Below, piece by piece: positions 15,653 through 28,486 of a stretch of DNA of 64,000 nt. A program made the position numbers and the translations under genes. Below the pieces are notes generated by a model that was not told the origin of the DNA, ran no database searches, and saw nothing but the letters and a program-made list of their open reading frames with translations. Each line of letters begins with the position of its first letter. The first letter of the stretch is position 1. The DNA comes from Eledone cirrhosa (taxonomy: Eukaryota): positions 9,238,001 through 9,302,000 of the forward strand of contig OZ024762.1 in the NCBI GenBank assembly GCA_964016885.1. The letters are read 5' to 3'.

Positions 15653-15654
<2 letters not shown>
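15446..15654 (+). mobile_element. PLE-derived mini-element family A with inverted 5' arm; contains the 3' half of a hammerhead
   Basis: GAAA CGGCT tgagctc AGCCG TC at 15534-15556; inverted arm 15446-15493 separated by a poly-T run; (TA)n on both sides. Confidence 0.8.
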
Positions 15655-15747
<93 letters not shown>

Positions 15748-15837
15748 GTAATTCCGTCGGAAAATTCCAGGAAAAAAGAGTGCTCTATGTAGGTAACAGA
15801 GCTTAATAGTTATGTAATAAACAACATAAGGCAATTA

Positions 15838-15897
15838 TTCCATTTACCAGTGGTTTCTTAAAAGCAAAAAATTTTGCTTTCAATCATCAGAATGAAA
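15838..15897 (-). ncRNA. Type I hammerhead ribozyme motif
   Basis: Reverse complement of 15976-16035. Confidence 0.8.
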
Positions 15898-15975
15898 AAA
15901 TCCTGGTCTGTTTATTGAATTTGGATTTTAAAAACCTTTTTTTAAAATCCAAATTCAATAAACAGACCAGGATTT

Positions 15976-16035
15976 TTTCATTCTGATGATTGAAAGCAAA
16001 ATTTTTTGCTTTTAAGAAACCACTGGTAAATGGAA
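15976..16035 (+). ncRNA. Type I hammerhead ribozyme motif
   Basis: tttcatt CTGATGA ttgaaagcaaa attt tttgcttttaa GAAA CC act GG TA aatggaa; 7-bp helix I, long helix II, GUA triplet. Confidence 0.8.
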
Positions 16036-16449
16036 TAATTGCCTTATGTTGTTTATTACATAACTATATATATATATATATTTATATATATTTATGTATG
16101 TGTATAGGTATGTATGTATATGCATGTATGTATTTGTATGTATATGTATGTATATATGTATATGTATGTACATATGTACGTTTGTGTGTATATATATATA
16201 TGTATATATATATGTATATGAATATATTTATGTGTCTGTCTGTGTGTCTGTGTGTTTGTATATATATATATATATATATATAATCCAATTCCCTGTATAT
16301 ATATATGTATATGTATATATATAATCCAATTCCCTGTATGTATATATGTATACGTATGTATATATGTACGTTTGTGTGTATATATATATATGTATATATA
16401 TATATGTATATGAATATATTTATGTGTCTGTCTGTGTGTCTGTGTGTTC

Positions 16450-16500
<51 letters not shown>

Positions 16501-16501
16501 A

Positions 16502-16564
<63 letters not shown>

Positions 16565-16882
16565 CCAATTCCCTGTACGAAAAATCACAGACTGGAATCA
16601 ATTATCACAGGCAATAGACCTAACACTAAATTCGCTCATCAGCTGTCAGACTGGAACTGACATTGCGTGTGTCAACGACATTAGAGACGGTTCCAACGAT
16701 CCGTCCTAGGATGTCAGTGATTCTTACCTGAGGCATTCTAACCCAGAGATTCTCAAAGTGGGTGCTAACGCCACCCAGGGGGCGTTGAGATGGTGCAGGG
16801 GGCGCTGTGGTCTATTAGGGGCCGGTAGAGAGGATATAATAGTATATTAAATATCAACTGATACATATTATATATAAATATA

Positions 16883-17072
16883 GGTGGGGATTGGCAGTAT
16901 CGGTAGAGGGTCGGACGCCATGCTTTGACGCATAGAGTTACGGCCCTTGCCATTCTGAGTTCAAATCACGCCGAGGTTAACTTTGCCTTTCATCCTGACG
17001 GGATCGATAAAATAAAGTACCAGTAATGTACTGGGTAATTTGATGGCCTTGTGCCTAAAGTAGAAACAATTA
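16883..17072 (+). mobile_element. Near full-length tRNA-derived Nin/Deu-type SINE nested in the hAT MITE
   Basis: A-box TGGCAGTATCGG, B-box GAGTTCAAATC, family core. Confidence 0.9.
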
Positions 17073-17172
17073 TATATAAATATAGTAAAATGAATAATAT
17101 ATATCTATTTATACATCGTATATATTATATTATTTATTATATTAAATATATATATATATTATTATATTATAT

Positions 17173-17317
17173 TGAGTTCAAATCCCGCCGAGGTTAACTT
17201 TGCCTTTCATCCTTACGGGGTCGATAAAAGAAAGTACCAGTAATGCACTGGTTCGATTTAATCAACTTTCCCCTCCCCTTCAAATTAGTGGCCTTGTGCC
17301 TAAAGTAGAAATCATTA
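17173..17317 (+). mobile_element. 5'-truncated Nin/Deu-type SINE
   Basis: B-box and core matching the other copies. Confidence 0.85.
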
Positions 17318-18443
17318 TTTAATATATAAAAATTAACGATTTTATTTATTATATATTATTTACAATGTGTGTGTAGGCAGGTCTCTCTGGAAATAGGGGT
17401 GAGGATGCGCTGAGGGTAATATGTGGCTGTGAGGGGGGAGGTGGCCCAAAACGTTTGAGAACCTCTGTTCTAACCACATGCCCATACTACCGGAGATGTG
17501 ATCTCTCAATTCAGAGAGATGGCGGCTCAACCTGGAGCCACTCTGATTTCCGAACTACACACTCTATTGTTTAACGTTTTTACGTTACTCTAAAGGCCCT
17601 TCGGGGGAACCCCATTTCAGCCGCTTGTATTCGCGATCTTATTCTTTCGGTCATTACCCAATATTCATGTAAGGGTTGGCACGAATACCGTATTGAAGAT
17701 AGCGAGTTTGGTTTTTACACCTACCTCTCTTCTTCTGATTACTGAATGCTAAAGCTGGTGCATTACTGCACCAGCTCATGCAATTTTTGCACTTAATTCT
17801 GCCTCCTGCCATCCATCACTCGTAAACAGGGCCCAGAGATACATGAACTTATCCACCTGCTTTAGTTTAACTCCATTCAGATGTAGAGTGCACTGCGCAA
17901 GTTTCCTTGAGAGGATGAGTGTCTCAGTTTTCGCAGCACTGATTTTCATTTCAGCAATGCAGCACTCGGCATCAAACCTACCAAGTGCAAATCGCAGATC
18001 ACCTTCTGTTGAGTTAAATAATACCAAAACTGCAATATTGTGAGCGATAAGAAAAAGAATCATACCGCATCGTCCTTAGTGCGGGTTAACAAGGGACACG
18101 TTCAGTCCCTCTGTAGAGGGGCCTGTTCGGAAAATATATTGTAGTCTCCATTTCATACCGTAAAACCTGTCGATGGGCCTGTGAACCCTCCTGGGAGGCA
18201 TGTGATGGACGCCCAAAGATTGCGGGTTAAATGTTATACACTTAATTCTATAAACGTAATTGTTGGTTGGTTTTCTTTAGTTTTCGTTTTAATACTTCAC
18301 GGGACAGTGTTTTGCTATTTTGTGAGACACTATGACCCCGGAGAGACCAACAGTACCGTCAGTAGGGGGTCAAAACTAGGTAAGTATATTTCAACAACCA
18401 ATGACCACAGATATTTTTGTTTTACTTGTTGCCAATATTATAA

Positions 18444-18778
18444 CACTGGTCAACAAAATTTCGCTTTTTTTTTTTCTGCTGACCAAAGTTTGAGACCTGT
18501 TCTTGAGTAATTCGGGGCTGCTGAGTTTTAAAATGACAATACTTGCTTTCTAACACATCAAGTTTTTTTTATCTATGTACTCGACCATATTGGTCCCACC
18601 CCGTATCTACAAGAGATACAGGTAATTCGTGTTTCCTGTGTTTATGGGGTAACCGAGTGAATTACAAACATTAAAACCTGATGTGTTAAGGGGAAATGGA
18701 TGTCATATTTAAAATAAACACCTCAAAATTAGCTAAAAACAACAAAACCTAAGTCAGCAAAAGGTGTGTTGACCAATG
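18444..18778. mobile_element. Non-autonomous DNA transposon, Chapaev3-like
   Basis: Termini CACTGGTCAACA / TGTTGACCAATG with further imperfect subterminal inverted blocks; TAA on both flanks. Confidence 0.7.
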
Positions 18779-18919
18779 TAATCAATGCTAAGCTTACCTA
18801 TAAAGTAAATAAACTATAAGATAGGTCCCAACACTCTCGGGGCCTCATTTTTAAAAATATATTTCTATTTTATTAGTTTTTATTCATTAACACTAACTCA
18901 TCAAAAATTAGGGTCTGAA

Positions 18920-19366
18920 ATTTCATACCCCTTAGGGCCTCAGCAGGTGAATGTCCGCTTCTGATTATAATATCACCAGAGATACACATGTTTCTCCCTC
19001 CTCTTCTTTTATCAAGTTGTCTGTTTTTACCGCAACAAATCTCATTTCCAGTCACGTGATCAGTCCCGTTCTGTTGTCATCGTGTCTCCCACGCCATCTT
19101 GTCATAGCGGTAGAAACCAGCCCCAAAATGTTCTCCTCTCAACGTTACGTTCTCTGCGTGTCTCATCAAGTCTACCATTTTCTCCAGGTCTTACCGTCTA
19201 CAACGTCAATTATTGTACAACTTCAACGTCGGATATTCAATTCTATAAACGTAAGTTTTGTTTTGTTTTCGTTTTGTTTCCGTTTTGTTCTGTTTTGATT
19301 CTCCACAGGACAGTGTCTGACTATATTATCAGACACCAACTCGATCGAGGGTCGATCGACCAACAG
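18920..19366 (+). mobile_element. Decayed Penelope-like endonuclease C-terminus plus 3' region; related copy at ~18220-18358
   Basis: Peptide RYTCFSLLFFYQVVCFYRNKSHF resembles PLE FTC.S..IY.I.C..C...Y. The copies end FNVGYSIL* and GLNVIHLIL* (GLN is the usual PLE EN terminus) and share downstream sequence. Confidence 0.5.
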
Positions 19367-19382
19367 TATATATATATAGAAG

Positions 19383-19522
19383 AGGAAGACCAAGGTTAAC
19401 ATATGTTGATGCCCTAAGGACAGACACTGGTCTGTTGGAGATGCAGGATATGGCAGCGATAATGAGGGACAGAGACCGCTGGAGAGAACTCGTCCATGGA
19501 TCTCGGGAATTTTACCCGCCTT
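19383..19522 (+). mobile_element. 3' end of a second RTE-type LINE family
   Basis: [46 protein letters not shown]; matching copy on the minus strand at 51328-51445. Confidence 0.8.
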
Positions 19523-19540
19523 AGATAGATAGATATATAT

Positions 19541-19677
19541 AGTCCAGAATTAGCCGTCGAAATGGCTTGAGCTCAGCCGTCGGGGTCCTACTCGTTACTA
19601 TTACCCACTCTACTACCCTAAGTATTGAGTACTTTGGTGCGTTATGGTCCATCTGGTTCCTTACCATACGTCCTTCG

Positions 19678-19680
<3 letters not shown>
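19541..19680 (+). mobile_element. PLE-derived mini-element family A
   Basis: Near-identical to 15516-15654; begins at AGTCCAGAATTAGCC. Confidence 0.85.
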
Positions 19681-19732
<52 letters not shown>

Positions 19733-19737
<5 letters not shown>

Positions 19738-19883
19738 ATATGGGTGAGAAGAATACTGCTGGTTGCACATGGATAACATGTTATAAAATGAGGCCCTCAT
19801 CAGTGATTTACCAAACGATCATGGGTATTTCATCGCATCGATGAAATACCCATGATCGTTTGGTAAATCACTGATGAGGGACT

Positions 19884-19891
<8 letters not shown>
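19733..19891. repeat. Fold-back element with ~53-bp inverted arms (19782-19891) in (TA)n
   Basis: Near-perfect palindrome centred on ATCG-CAT-CGAT; contains CTGATGA and GAAA but no complete HHR. Confidence 0.85.
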
Positions 19892-19946
<55 letters not shown>

Positions 19947-20388
19947 ATGAAATTGAAAATACTTTCACTCGTGTAGGAGATCTCGTTGTTTTTTTTTCAT
20001 TAAAAAAAAACCCTCATTTTCTTATATATATATATATATATATATAAATATAAGTTCCAGTCACAACAAACTTATACTTATTATGCTTCTGTAAGCCATT
20101 CATACACGCCCTAAGCCCCCACAGACACACCCTGCAGTCCTCATTTCATTCCAGTCCCTTCTGTATTATAATCTCCTCTTCAACGGACTCATTTGACCCA
20201 TAAAGCACTACCACCGACAACAACAACAACAACCATACCACGTATTATCTCCCCCCCCCCCCCCATCACTCATTCAACCAACCAAAAACTAAAAAACCGT
20301 AAATCCCTTTCTTTCACCCCACCCCCTCCCTCTCTCAATATATATATATATATACATATATGTATATATATATATATATATATATACA

Positions 20389-20453
<65 letters not shown>

Positions 20454-20490
20454 TTTTTTTTTTTATATATATATACATATATATATATAC

Positions 20491-20523
<33 letters not shown>

Positions 20524-20526
20524 TAC

Positions 20527-20564
<38 letters not shown>

Positions 20565-20599
20565 TATATACATATATATATATATACATATATATATAC

Positions 20600-20632
<33 letters not shown>

Positions 20633-20653
20633 TATATATACATATATATATAC

Positions 20654-20684
<31 letters not shown>

Positions 20685-20712
20685 TATATACATATATATA
20701 TTTATTTTTATA

Positions 20713-20809
20713 TAGGGTGTTCCAAAAAATGTATACACACTTTGATTACCTGTACAGGTATTATTTATTAGAATGCCGTTAAAGTATGTATACATTTTTG
20801 GGGAACACC

Positions 20810-20812
<3 letters not shown>
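20713..20812. mobile_element. 100-bp Tc1/mariner-type MITE
   Basis: ~30-bp TIRs (C/T)AGGGTGTTCC..AAAAATGTATACA.ACTTT with TA flanks; second copy at 40933-41032. Confidence 0.85.
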
Positions 20813-20869
<57 letters not shown>

Positions 20870-20914
20870 TATTCTCTTCTCTTTATCTCCCCTCCTCTCT
20901 CTCTCTCTCCCCTC

Positions 20915-20948
<34 letters not shown>

Positions 20949-21215
20949 CCTCTATCTCTCTCTTTATCTCTCTCTTTCTCTCTCTCTCGATAGATAGACA
21001 GACAGACAGACAGACTAATAGACAAACAGACAGACAGACAGACAGACTGACAGATAGACAAACAGACAGATAGACAGACTGATAGACAGGCATATAATCT
21101 CCATTCCTTCAGTTCACAGTAGCCAAACAAATCCTTAATTCCAGCCATTTTAAAAACTTATTTCATTAATATTTTTTTATTATCATCATTATTACTACTA
21201 CTACTACCACTACTA

Positions 21216-21300
<85 letters not shown>

Positions 21301-21396
21301 TACTACCACTACTACTACTACTACTACTACTGCCACTACCATTACTACTACTACTACTACTACTACTGCTACTACTACTACTACTACCATTATCAT

Positions 21397-21444
<48 letters not shown>

Positions 21445-21463
21445 CACTACTGCCACTACCACC

Positions 21464-21504
<41 letters not shown>

Positions 21505-23551
21505 CATTATTATTCTTATTAATATTATTTGTATCCAATCCAAAATATCAATGGCTGTCCCCACTCTCTCTCTCTCCCTTTTAGTGGAATTGAATATTTT
21601 GGTAAATTTACTGGTGTTTGTTTACCAAATTTGCCTCAGTCTTTTTCCATTAGTAATCAGTTTTTTATTGTTTTGTTTAGTTTTTTTGTGGGTGTGTGTT
21701 TGTTTTTCTATTTAACAACACATCAAACCATTTCTCTTTGACAGACAACTGTCCGATATATCTCCTTCAATTTGTGGCCATCTTTATTGTTGTTCTTGTT
21801 GTTATTGTTACTGTTGTTGTTGTTGGTGGTGGTGTTGTTGTAGTTTTTGTTGGTGGTGGTGTTGGTGTTGTTGGTGGTGTTGTTGGTGTTGTTGTTGGTG
21901 GTGGTGTTGTTGTTGGTGGTGGTGTTCTTGTAGTTTTTGTTGGTGGTGGTGTTGGTGTTGTTGGTGGTGTTGTTGGTGTTGTTGTTGGTGGTGGTGTTGG
22001 TGTTGGTGGTGATGGTGTTGGTGTTGTTGTTGGTGGTGGTGTTGGTGTTGGTGGTGGTGTTGGTGGTGATGGTGTTGGTGGTGGTGTTGGTGTTGGTGGT
22101 GATGGTGTTGGTGTTGTTGTTGGTGGTGGTGTTGGTGTTGTTGGTGGTGTTGTTGGTGTTGTTGTTGGTGGTGGTGTTGGTGTTGGTGGTGATGGTGTTG
22201 GTGTTGTTGTTGGTGGTGGTGTTGGTGTTGGTGGTGATGGTGTTGGTGTTGTTGTTGGTGGTGGTGTTGGTGTTGTTGGTGGTGTTGTTGGTGTTGTTGT
22301 TGGTGGTGGTGTTGGTGTTGGTGGTGATGGTGTTGGTGTTGTTGTTGGTGGTGGTGTTGGTGTTGGTGGTGGTGGTGGTGTTGTTGTTGGTGGTGGTGTT
22401 GGTGGTGGTGGTGATGGTGTTGGTGGTGGTGGTGATGGTGTTGTTGTTGGTGGTGGTGTTCTTGTAGTTTTTGTTGGTGGTGGTGTTGTTGTTGTTGTTG
22501 TTGGTGGTGTTGTTGGTGGTAGTGTTGGTGTTGTTGTTGTTGGGGGTGGTGGTGGTGGTGGTGGTGGTGTTGGTGGTGATGGTGTTGTTGTTGGTGGTGG
22601 TGTTGTAGTTTTTGTTGGTGGTGGTGGTGTTGGTGGTGGTGTTGGTGTTGTTGTTGGTGGTGGTGTTGTTGTAGTTTTTGTTGGTGGTGGTGTTGGTGGT
22701 GGTGGTGGTGTTGGTGGTGGTGTTGTTGGTGGCGTTGGTGTTGTTGGTGTTGTTGGTGGTGGTGGTGTTGGTGGTGGTGGTGGTGTTGGTGGTGGTGTTG
22801 GTGGTGGCGTTGGTGTTGTTGGTGTTGGTGGTGGTGGTGTTGGTGGTGGTGGTGTTGTTGTTGGTGTTGTTGTTGTTGGTGGTGGTGTTGTTATTGTTAT
22901 TGTTGTAGTTGTTGTCAGACATTAAACATTTGGTTGTTATATTCTCATTGTTCACACTCCACCTGACTGGTGATGCGTATGAGCAAGCAGCTGTATGTGT
23001 GTGTAGATGTATGTGTGTGTGTAGATGTATGTATGTGTGTGAGTGTGTAGATGTATGTGTGTGTGTGTGAGTGTATAGATGTATGTGTGTGTGTAGATGT
23101 ATGTGTGTGAGTGTGTGAATGTGTAGATGTGAGTGTAGATGAATGTGTGTGTGTGTGTAGATGTATGTGTGTGTGTGCGTGAGTGTGTGTGTGTGGGTGA
23201 GTGTGTAGATGTATGTGTGTGAGTATGTGTGTGTGAGAGTGTGTAGATGTATGTGTGTGTGTGTGTGTGAGAGAGAGAGTGTAGATGTATGTGTGTGAGT
23301 ATGTGTCTGTGTATATATATAGAGGTGTGTGTGTGTGTGTATATATAGAGATGTGCGTGTGTGTGTGTGTATATATATAGAGGTGTGTGTGTGTGTGTAT
23401 ATATAGAGGCGTGTGTGTGTGTGTGTGTGTATAGAGGCGTGTGTGTGTGTGTAAAGAGAGAGGGTGTGGCCAACGTTCAAGCTATGTAGGTCTCTGGGTT
23501 TGTAGAACTGTTTATGAGTTTTCGGTAAATATGTGGAGTGGGTGGGGTAGG

Positions 23552-23596
<45 letters not shown>

Positions 23597-23706
23597 GTAT
23601 GGTACTGTGAGATTATGTGTAGCTGTGTATAGATATGTATGTGTTTAGATATGTAGATGTGTATGTGTTTAGGTGGCCGTGTGTACATGTGTTAATGTGT
23701 GTGTGT

Positions 23707-24567
23707 GATCAGAGAGTCACTTCAGGTAGAGCCGCTACTTCTCTGAATTGAGAGATCACAGCTCTGATACTTTGGACATGTGGTTAGAATGTCCCAGGAA
23801 AGAATAACTGGACATATTTGTAGCTCAGAGATCATAGAGTCACTCAAGGTAGAGCTGCTGCTTCTCTGAATTGAGACATCACAGCCCTGATACTATGGAC
23901 ATGTGGTTAGAATGTCCCAGGAAAGAATAACTGGACATATTTGTAGCTCAGAGATCATAGAGTCACTCAAGGTAGAGCTGCTGCTTCTCTGAATTGAGAC
24001 ATCACAGCCCTGATACTATGGACATGTGGTTAGAATGTCCCAGGAAAGAATCACTGGACATATTTGTAGCTCAGAGATCAGAGAGTCACTCAAGGTAGAG
24101 CTGCTGCTTCTCTGAGTTGTGAGATCACAGCTCTGATACTATGGACATGTGGTTAGAATGTCCCAGGAAAGAATCACTGGACATATTTGTAGCTCAGAGA
24201 TCATAGAGTCACTTCAGGTAGAGCCGCTACTTCTCCGAATTGAGAAACCACAGCCCTGATACTATGGACATGTGGTTAGAATGTCCCAGGAAAGAATCGC
24301 TGGACAGGTTTTACAGGCAAAACCAGCCGGCAACAGACCCAGAGATAGACCCTGAGTAAGATGGTTGGATGACATCATTAAGTTTGTCTGGTCTTACTTG
24401 AGAGATCCAGCCAGATCAGTTGAAGTTGGTTGCTTCTGACAGGACCCGCTGGAAGGAGTGTTTGAGGACTCTGCCCCTATTACCCTCTCAGGAAGAAGAA
24501 GAAGAAGAAGAAGAAGAAGAAGAAGAAGAAGAAGAAGAAGAAGAAGAAGAAGAAGAAGAAGAAGAAA
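23707..24567 (+). mobile_element. RTE LINE 3' end with a 123-bp internal segment amplified ~5x, ending in a (GAA)n tail
   Basis: Units start at 23707, 23830, 23953, 24076 and 24199. Each reads IRESLQVEPLLL*IERSQL*YYGHVVRMSQERI; the last runs into AKPAGNRPRDRP. Confidence 0.9.
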
Positions 24568-24574
24568 GATAGTC

Positions 24575-24772
24575 AAATACCGGGGCCTCACCAACCACTT
24601 CCTCTTTGTACCGGTCTCCGCCAAGACCTAGGGTGTCCTTAGTACCCCACACTGCTGATTTCCTCCGTAAAATCGGAAAGACGGCGGCCCGCTTGATGAG
24701 GGAGCCCCGTGAGGTGGGATGGCTGTTGCAGCGGGTGTCTCCACGGTAACGCGTTTTCCATTTTGTCCGCGG
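24575..24772 (+). mobile_element. CRE-clade non-LTR retrotransposon 3' fragment (restriction-like endonuclease C-terminus)
   Basis: KYRGLTNHFLFVPVSAKT*GVL..ADFLRKIGKTAARLMREPREVGWLLQRVS..HGNAFSILSA, ending in (TA)n. Confidence 0.75.
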
Positions 24773-24942
24773 ATATATATATATATATATATATCATTTG
24801 ATATTTAATATACTATTATATTATCTCTACCGTCCCACACCACCACCCTAGGCCCCAGCGCCTACCGGGCCTTCTCAACACCCCCTCCCCTTCCTGGGGC
24901 ACGGTAGCGTCCACCTTGCCAACCTCTTGGTTAGAATGTCTC

Positions 24943-25150
24943 GGCAAAGCTAACCTCGGCGGGATTTGAACTCGACGCAAAGGGCTGTAACTCTATGCGA
25001 TAAAGCATGGTGTTGGACACTCTACCGATACTGCCAATCCACCGCCCTAAAATAATTGTTTCTACTTTTGGCACAAGGCCAGAAATTACCATGTCACGCA
25101 TTCTGTTTCGCTGAATCTCCCTGAGAATTACGTTAAAAGTACACTTGCAC
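24943..25150 (-). mobile_element. SINE 5' half (24943-25047) abutting another SINE tail fragment
   Basis: Reverse complement of the A/B-box head and of the GGCCTTGTGCCAAAAGTAGAAACAA tail. Confidence 0.8.
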
Positions 25151-25740
25151 TTTGATTTCACGCGTAGGCTGTTTCTGTTGATTGAACAATTTGGTACAGT
25201 TGTCGTCGGAACCGACGGAGGACCAAGTTAAAATTTAACCATATCGATCTTTCGATAGTTTTTGGCGTGGTGAGGGTCGCGGGAGAGGGTGTTATCATGG
25301 GTGGGACCAGCAAAGGCTTTAGACATTGTCCCTTCCTCGTTTCCTTGTGAAAATCGTCCAATCGAAGTTATCCGGCTACTCTGTAAATTGGCCAATCAAA
25401 AGCGATCTTTCAATATGAACCAATCAGATGTCAGATACGCTTCAGATGAAAGACCCACACCTTTTCCTCTTCTGTAAAATACACCCAGCCGCTTCCCCAA
25501 CCCCGACCAATCCTCATCATCATCACCATCTTCTCCAATATTCCTCCAGCCCCCAACACCTCCACCTTTACAATCTCTTTGATGTCTAAGGCGGTACCAA
25601 ATATGGTAAGCAGTGACGATTTAAACATGAAAGGAAAATCATCTGCCGTGGTGGAACCTTTTGTTGTTTTTGAAGTCGTTGTTGTTGTTGTTGGTGGTGG
25701 TGGTGGTGTTGTTGTTGGTGGTGGTGGTGGTGGTGGTGGT

Positions 25741-25771
<31 letters not shown>

Positions 25772-26692
25772 TTGTTGTTGTTATTGTTGTTGTTATTGTT
25801 GATATTGTCATTATCGTTGTTATTGTTGTTGTTATTATTGTTGTTATGCTTGTTGTTGTTGTTGTTGTTATTGTTGTTATTATTGTTGTTATTATTGTTG
25901 TTATTCTTGTTATTGTTGTTGTTGTTTTTGTTAGTTTTTTAATTAATTTATCTTTTTTTATATATATTTAACTTTTAATTTGTTACACCTGATAATATAA
26001 AGTTACCGTCATCAATACAAGATCGATACTTATCAGTTGTCTCACTACAGTGTTGTTATAGGTACCTGTAATGATAGACAGATGGCGGTGGCGGGGGGGG
26101 GGGGGGGGGTTACTGCTCCTTCTGCTGCTGCAGTTATTGTTGATGATGATGATGATGGTGGTGATGATAATATTGACGATGTTGATGATTATGGTGGTGG
26201 TGATGATGATGATGGTAGTGGTGGTGGTGTGGGGGTGATGGCGGGGTCGGAAGGGAGTTGTATAGTGATGAGTTGTCAGTTTGGTGTCAGGGAGTTAAAG
26301 TAACGATAAAACTGATGACAACAACAACAACAACAATAACAACAAGATCATCAACAACAACAACAACAATAATAGCAACAATAACATAACAACAACAACA
26401 ATAACAGCAACAACAACAACAAGATCATCAACAACAACAACAACAATAATAGCAACAATAACATAACAACAACAACAATAACAGCAACAACAACAACAAG
26501 AACATCAACAACATCAACATCAACAACAACATCAACAACAACAATAACAACAACATAACAACAACAACAATAACATCAACAACAACAACAACAACACCAA
26601 CACTAACAGCAACAATAACAACAACAATAACAACATCATCATCATCATCATCATCGGTCGTTACTACAAGAAGTAAACAACAACAATAACAG

Positions 26693-26770
<78 letters not shown>

Positions 26771-26798
26771 TAACAATAAATACAGCAACAACAATAAT

Positions 26799-26874
<76 letters not shown>

Positions 26875-27372
26875 GCAACAATAACAATAAATACAGCAAC
26901 AACAATAATAACAAAACAGTATTGTCGGTGCTTATGTCTGTGATTTACATATTTGTTTTTAATTAATCTAAACGTCCGTATAGAACTAGTAAGCCAGGAC
27001 TGTTACAGGTATCTAATATCACTTGTGAATAGGTAACAGAGACAGGGAGGGGAAGGGGAGAGAGGAAGCGGAAGAGAGGGATAGAGAGAAGGGGAGAGCG
27101 GGAGAGAGAAGGAGAGGAGAGGTAATATAAGGGGAGGTAAAAGAATCAGAAATACGTAAAAGGTGAAAAACAAGGTCTGTTATAGAGTAGTTAAATGTTT
27201 CTGTTATATATAAGTACCTCATTGAAGATGACGATACCTTTCAGATTGCATGTTAGAGCATATTATATATATATATTTATATATATGTGTGCATATTATA
27301 TATATATATATTTATATATATGTGTGTATATATATGTATACATGTTTGTGTGTTTATATATATATATATCTA

Positions 27373-27412
<40 letters not shown>

Positions 27413-27518
27413 TACATATACATATATATACATATATATACCTGTGTATATATATATATAATTTTTACATATATATATATGTGTGTGTAGATAAATGCAG
27501 ATATATATATGTATGTTT

Positions 27519-27570
<52 letters not shown>

Positions 27571-27575
27571 ATATA

Positions 27576-27625
<50 letters not shown>

Positions 27626-27737
27626 TACATATATATACATATATATACCTGTGTATATATATATATAATTTTTACATATATATATATATATATGTGTGTG
27701 CGTGTAGATATATGCAGATATATATATGTATGTTTCC

Positions 27738-27846
<109 letters not shown>

Positions 27847-27956
27847 TGTGCGTGTCTATCAAATTAAAACTACATTGTTAATGCACGAGTGATGAATTTA
27901 GGTGATTTACTGTTGCATGGTTTAAATTACACTACAGGGATTCCAGTCTAACTCTT

Positions 27957-28034
<78 letters not shown>

Positions 28035-28063
28035 CATGCATCCATCCATTCATTCATCTTTCA

Positions 28064-28200
<137 letters not shown>

Positions 28201-28202
28201 TA

Positions 28203-28256
<54 letters not shown>

Positions 28257-28258
28257 TA

Positions 28259-28315
<57 letters not shown>

Positions 28316-28454
28316 ATCTAGTGCAGATAAACAGACACACATATATGTGTGTGTTTGTATATGCATGTGTATATGTACTTGAATGTATAGATAAATAGAT
28401 ATATATGTATATATATATATATGTATGTGTGTATATAACACATATATGTATGTT

Positions 28455-28486
<32 letters not shown>

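Larger units (their letters stand above)
15745..16066. mobile_element. Fold-back mini-element with ~125-bp perfect inverted arms (15807-16066) plus a unique tail (15745-15806)
   Basis: Arms are reverse complements around ~15935; flanked by (TA)n. Confidence 0.9.
16744..17467. mobile_element. Non-autonomous hAT (Charlie-like) DNA transposon
   Basis: TIRs CAGAG(A/G)TTCTCAAA; perfect 8-bp TSD TTCTAACC at 16736-16743 and 17468-17475. Confidence 0.9.
16712..18012 (-). mobile_element. RTE-clade LINE fragment (RT C-terminal part), split by a hAT MITE
   Basis: ORF 17776-18063: STEGDLRFALGRFDAECCIAEMKISAAKTETLILSRK...LNGVKLKQVDKFMYL..LFTSDG. The GHVVRM motif is rejoined across the insertion (17468-17490 and 16712-16743). 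Confidence 0.85.

Noticed and set aside
16590-16730. Exon-like open frames and a minus-strand CTGATGA
   Set aside because: The apparent splice site at ~16725 is RTE LINE sequence (RMPQVRIT); no GAAA for an HHR.
19017-19250. Apparent 234-nt symmetric host exon with AG/GTAAGT boundaries
   Set aside because: Better explained as a decayed PLE endonuclease. The paralogous segment has stops in that frame and shows synonymous-type changes in the frame ending ILstop.
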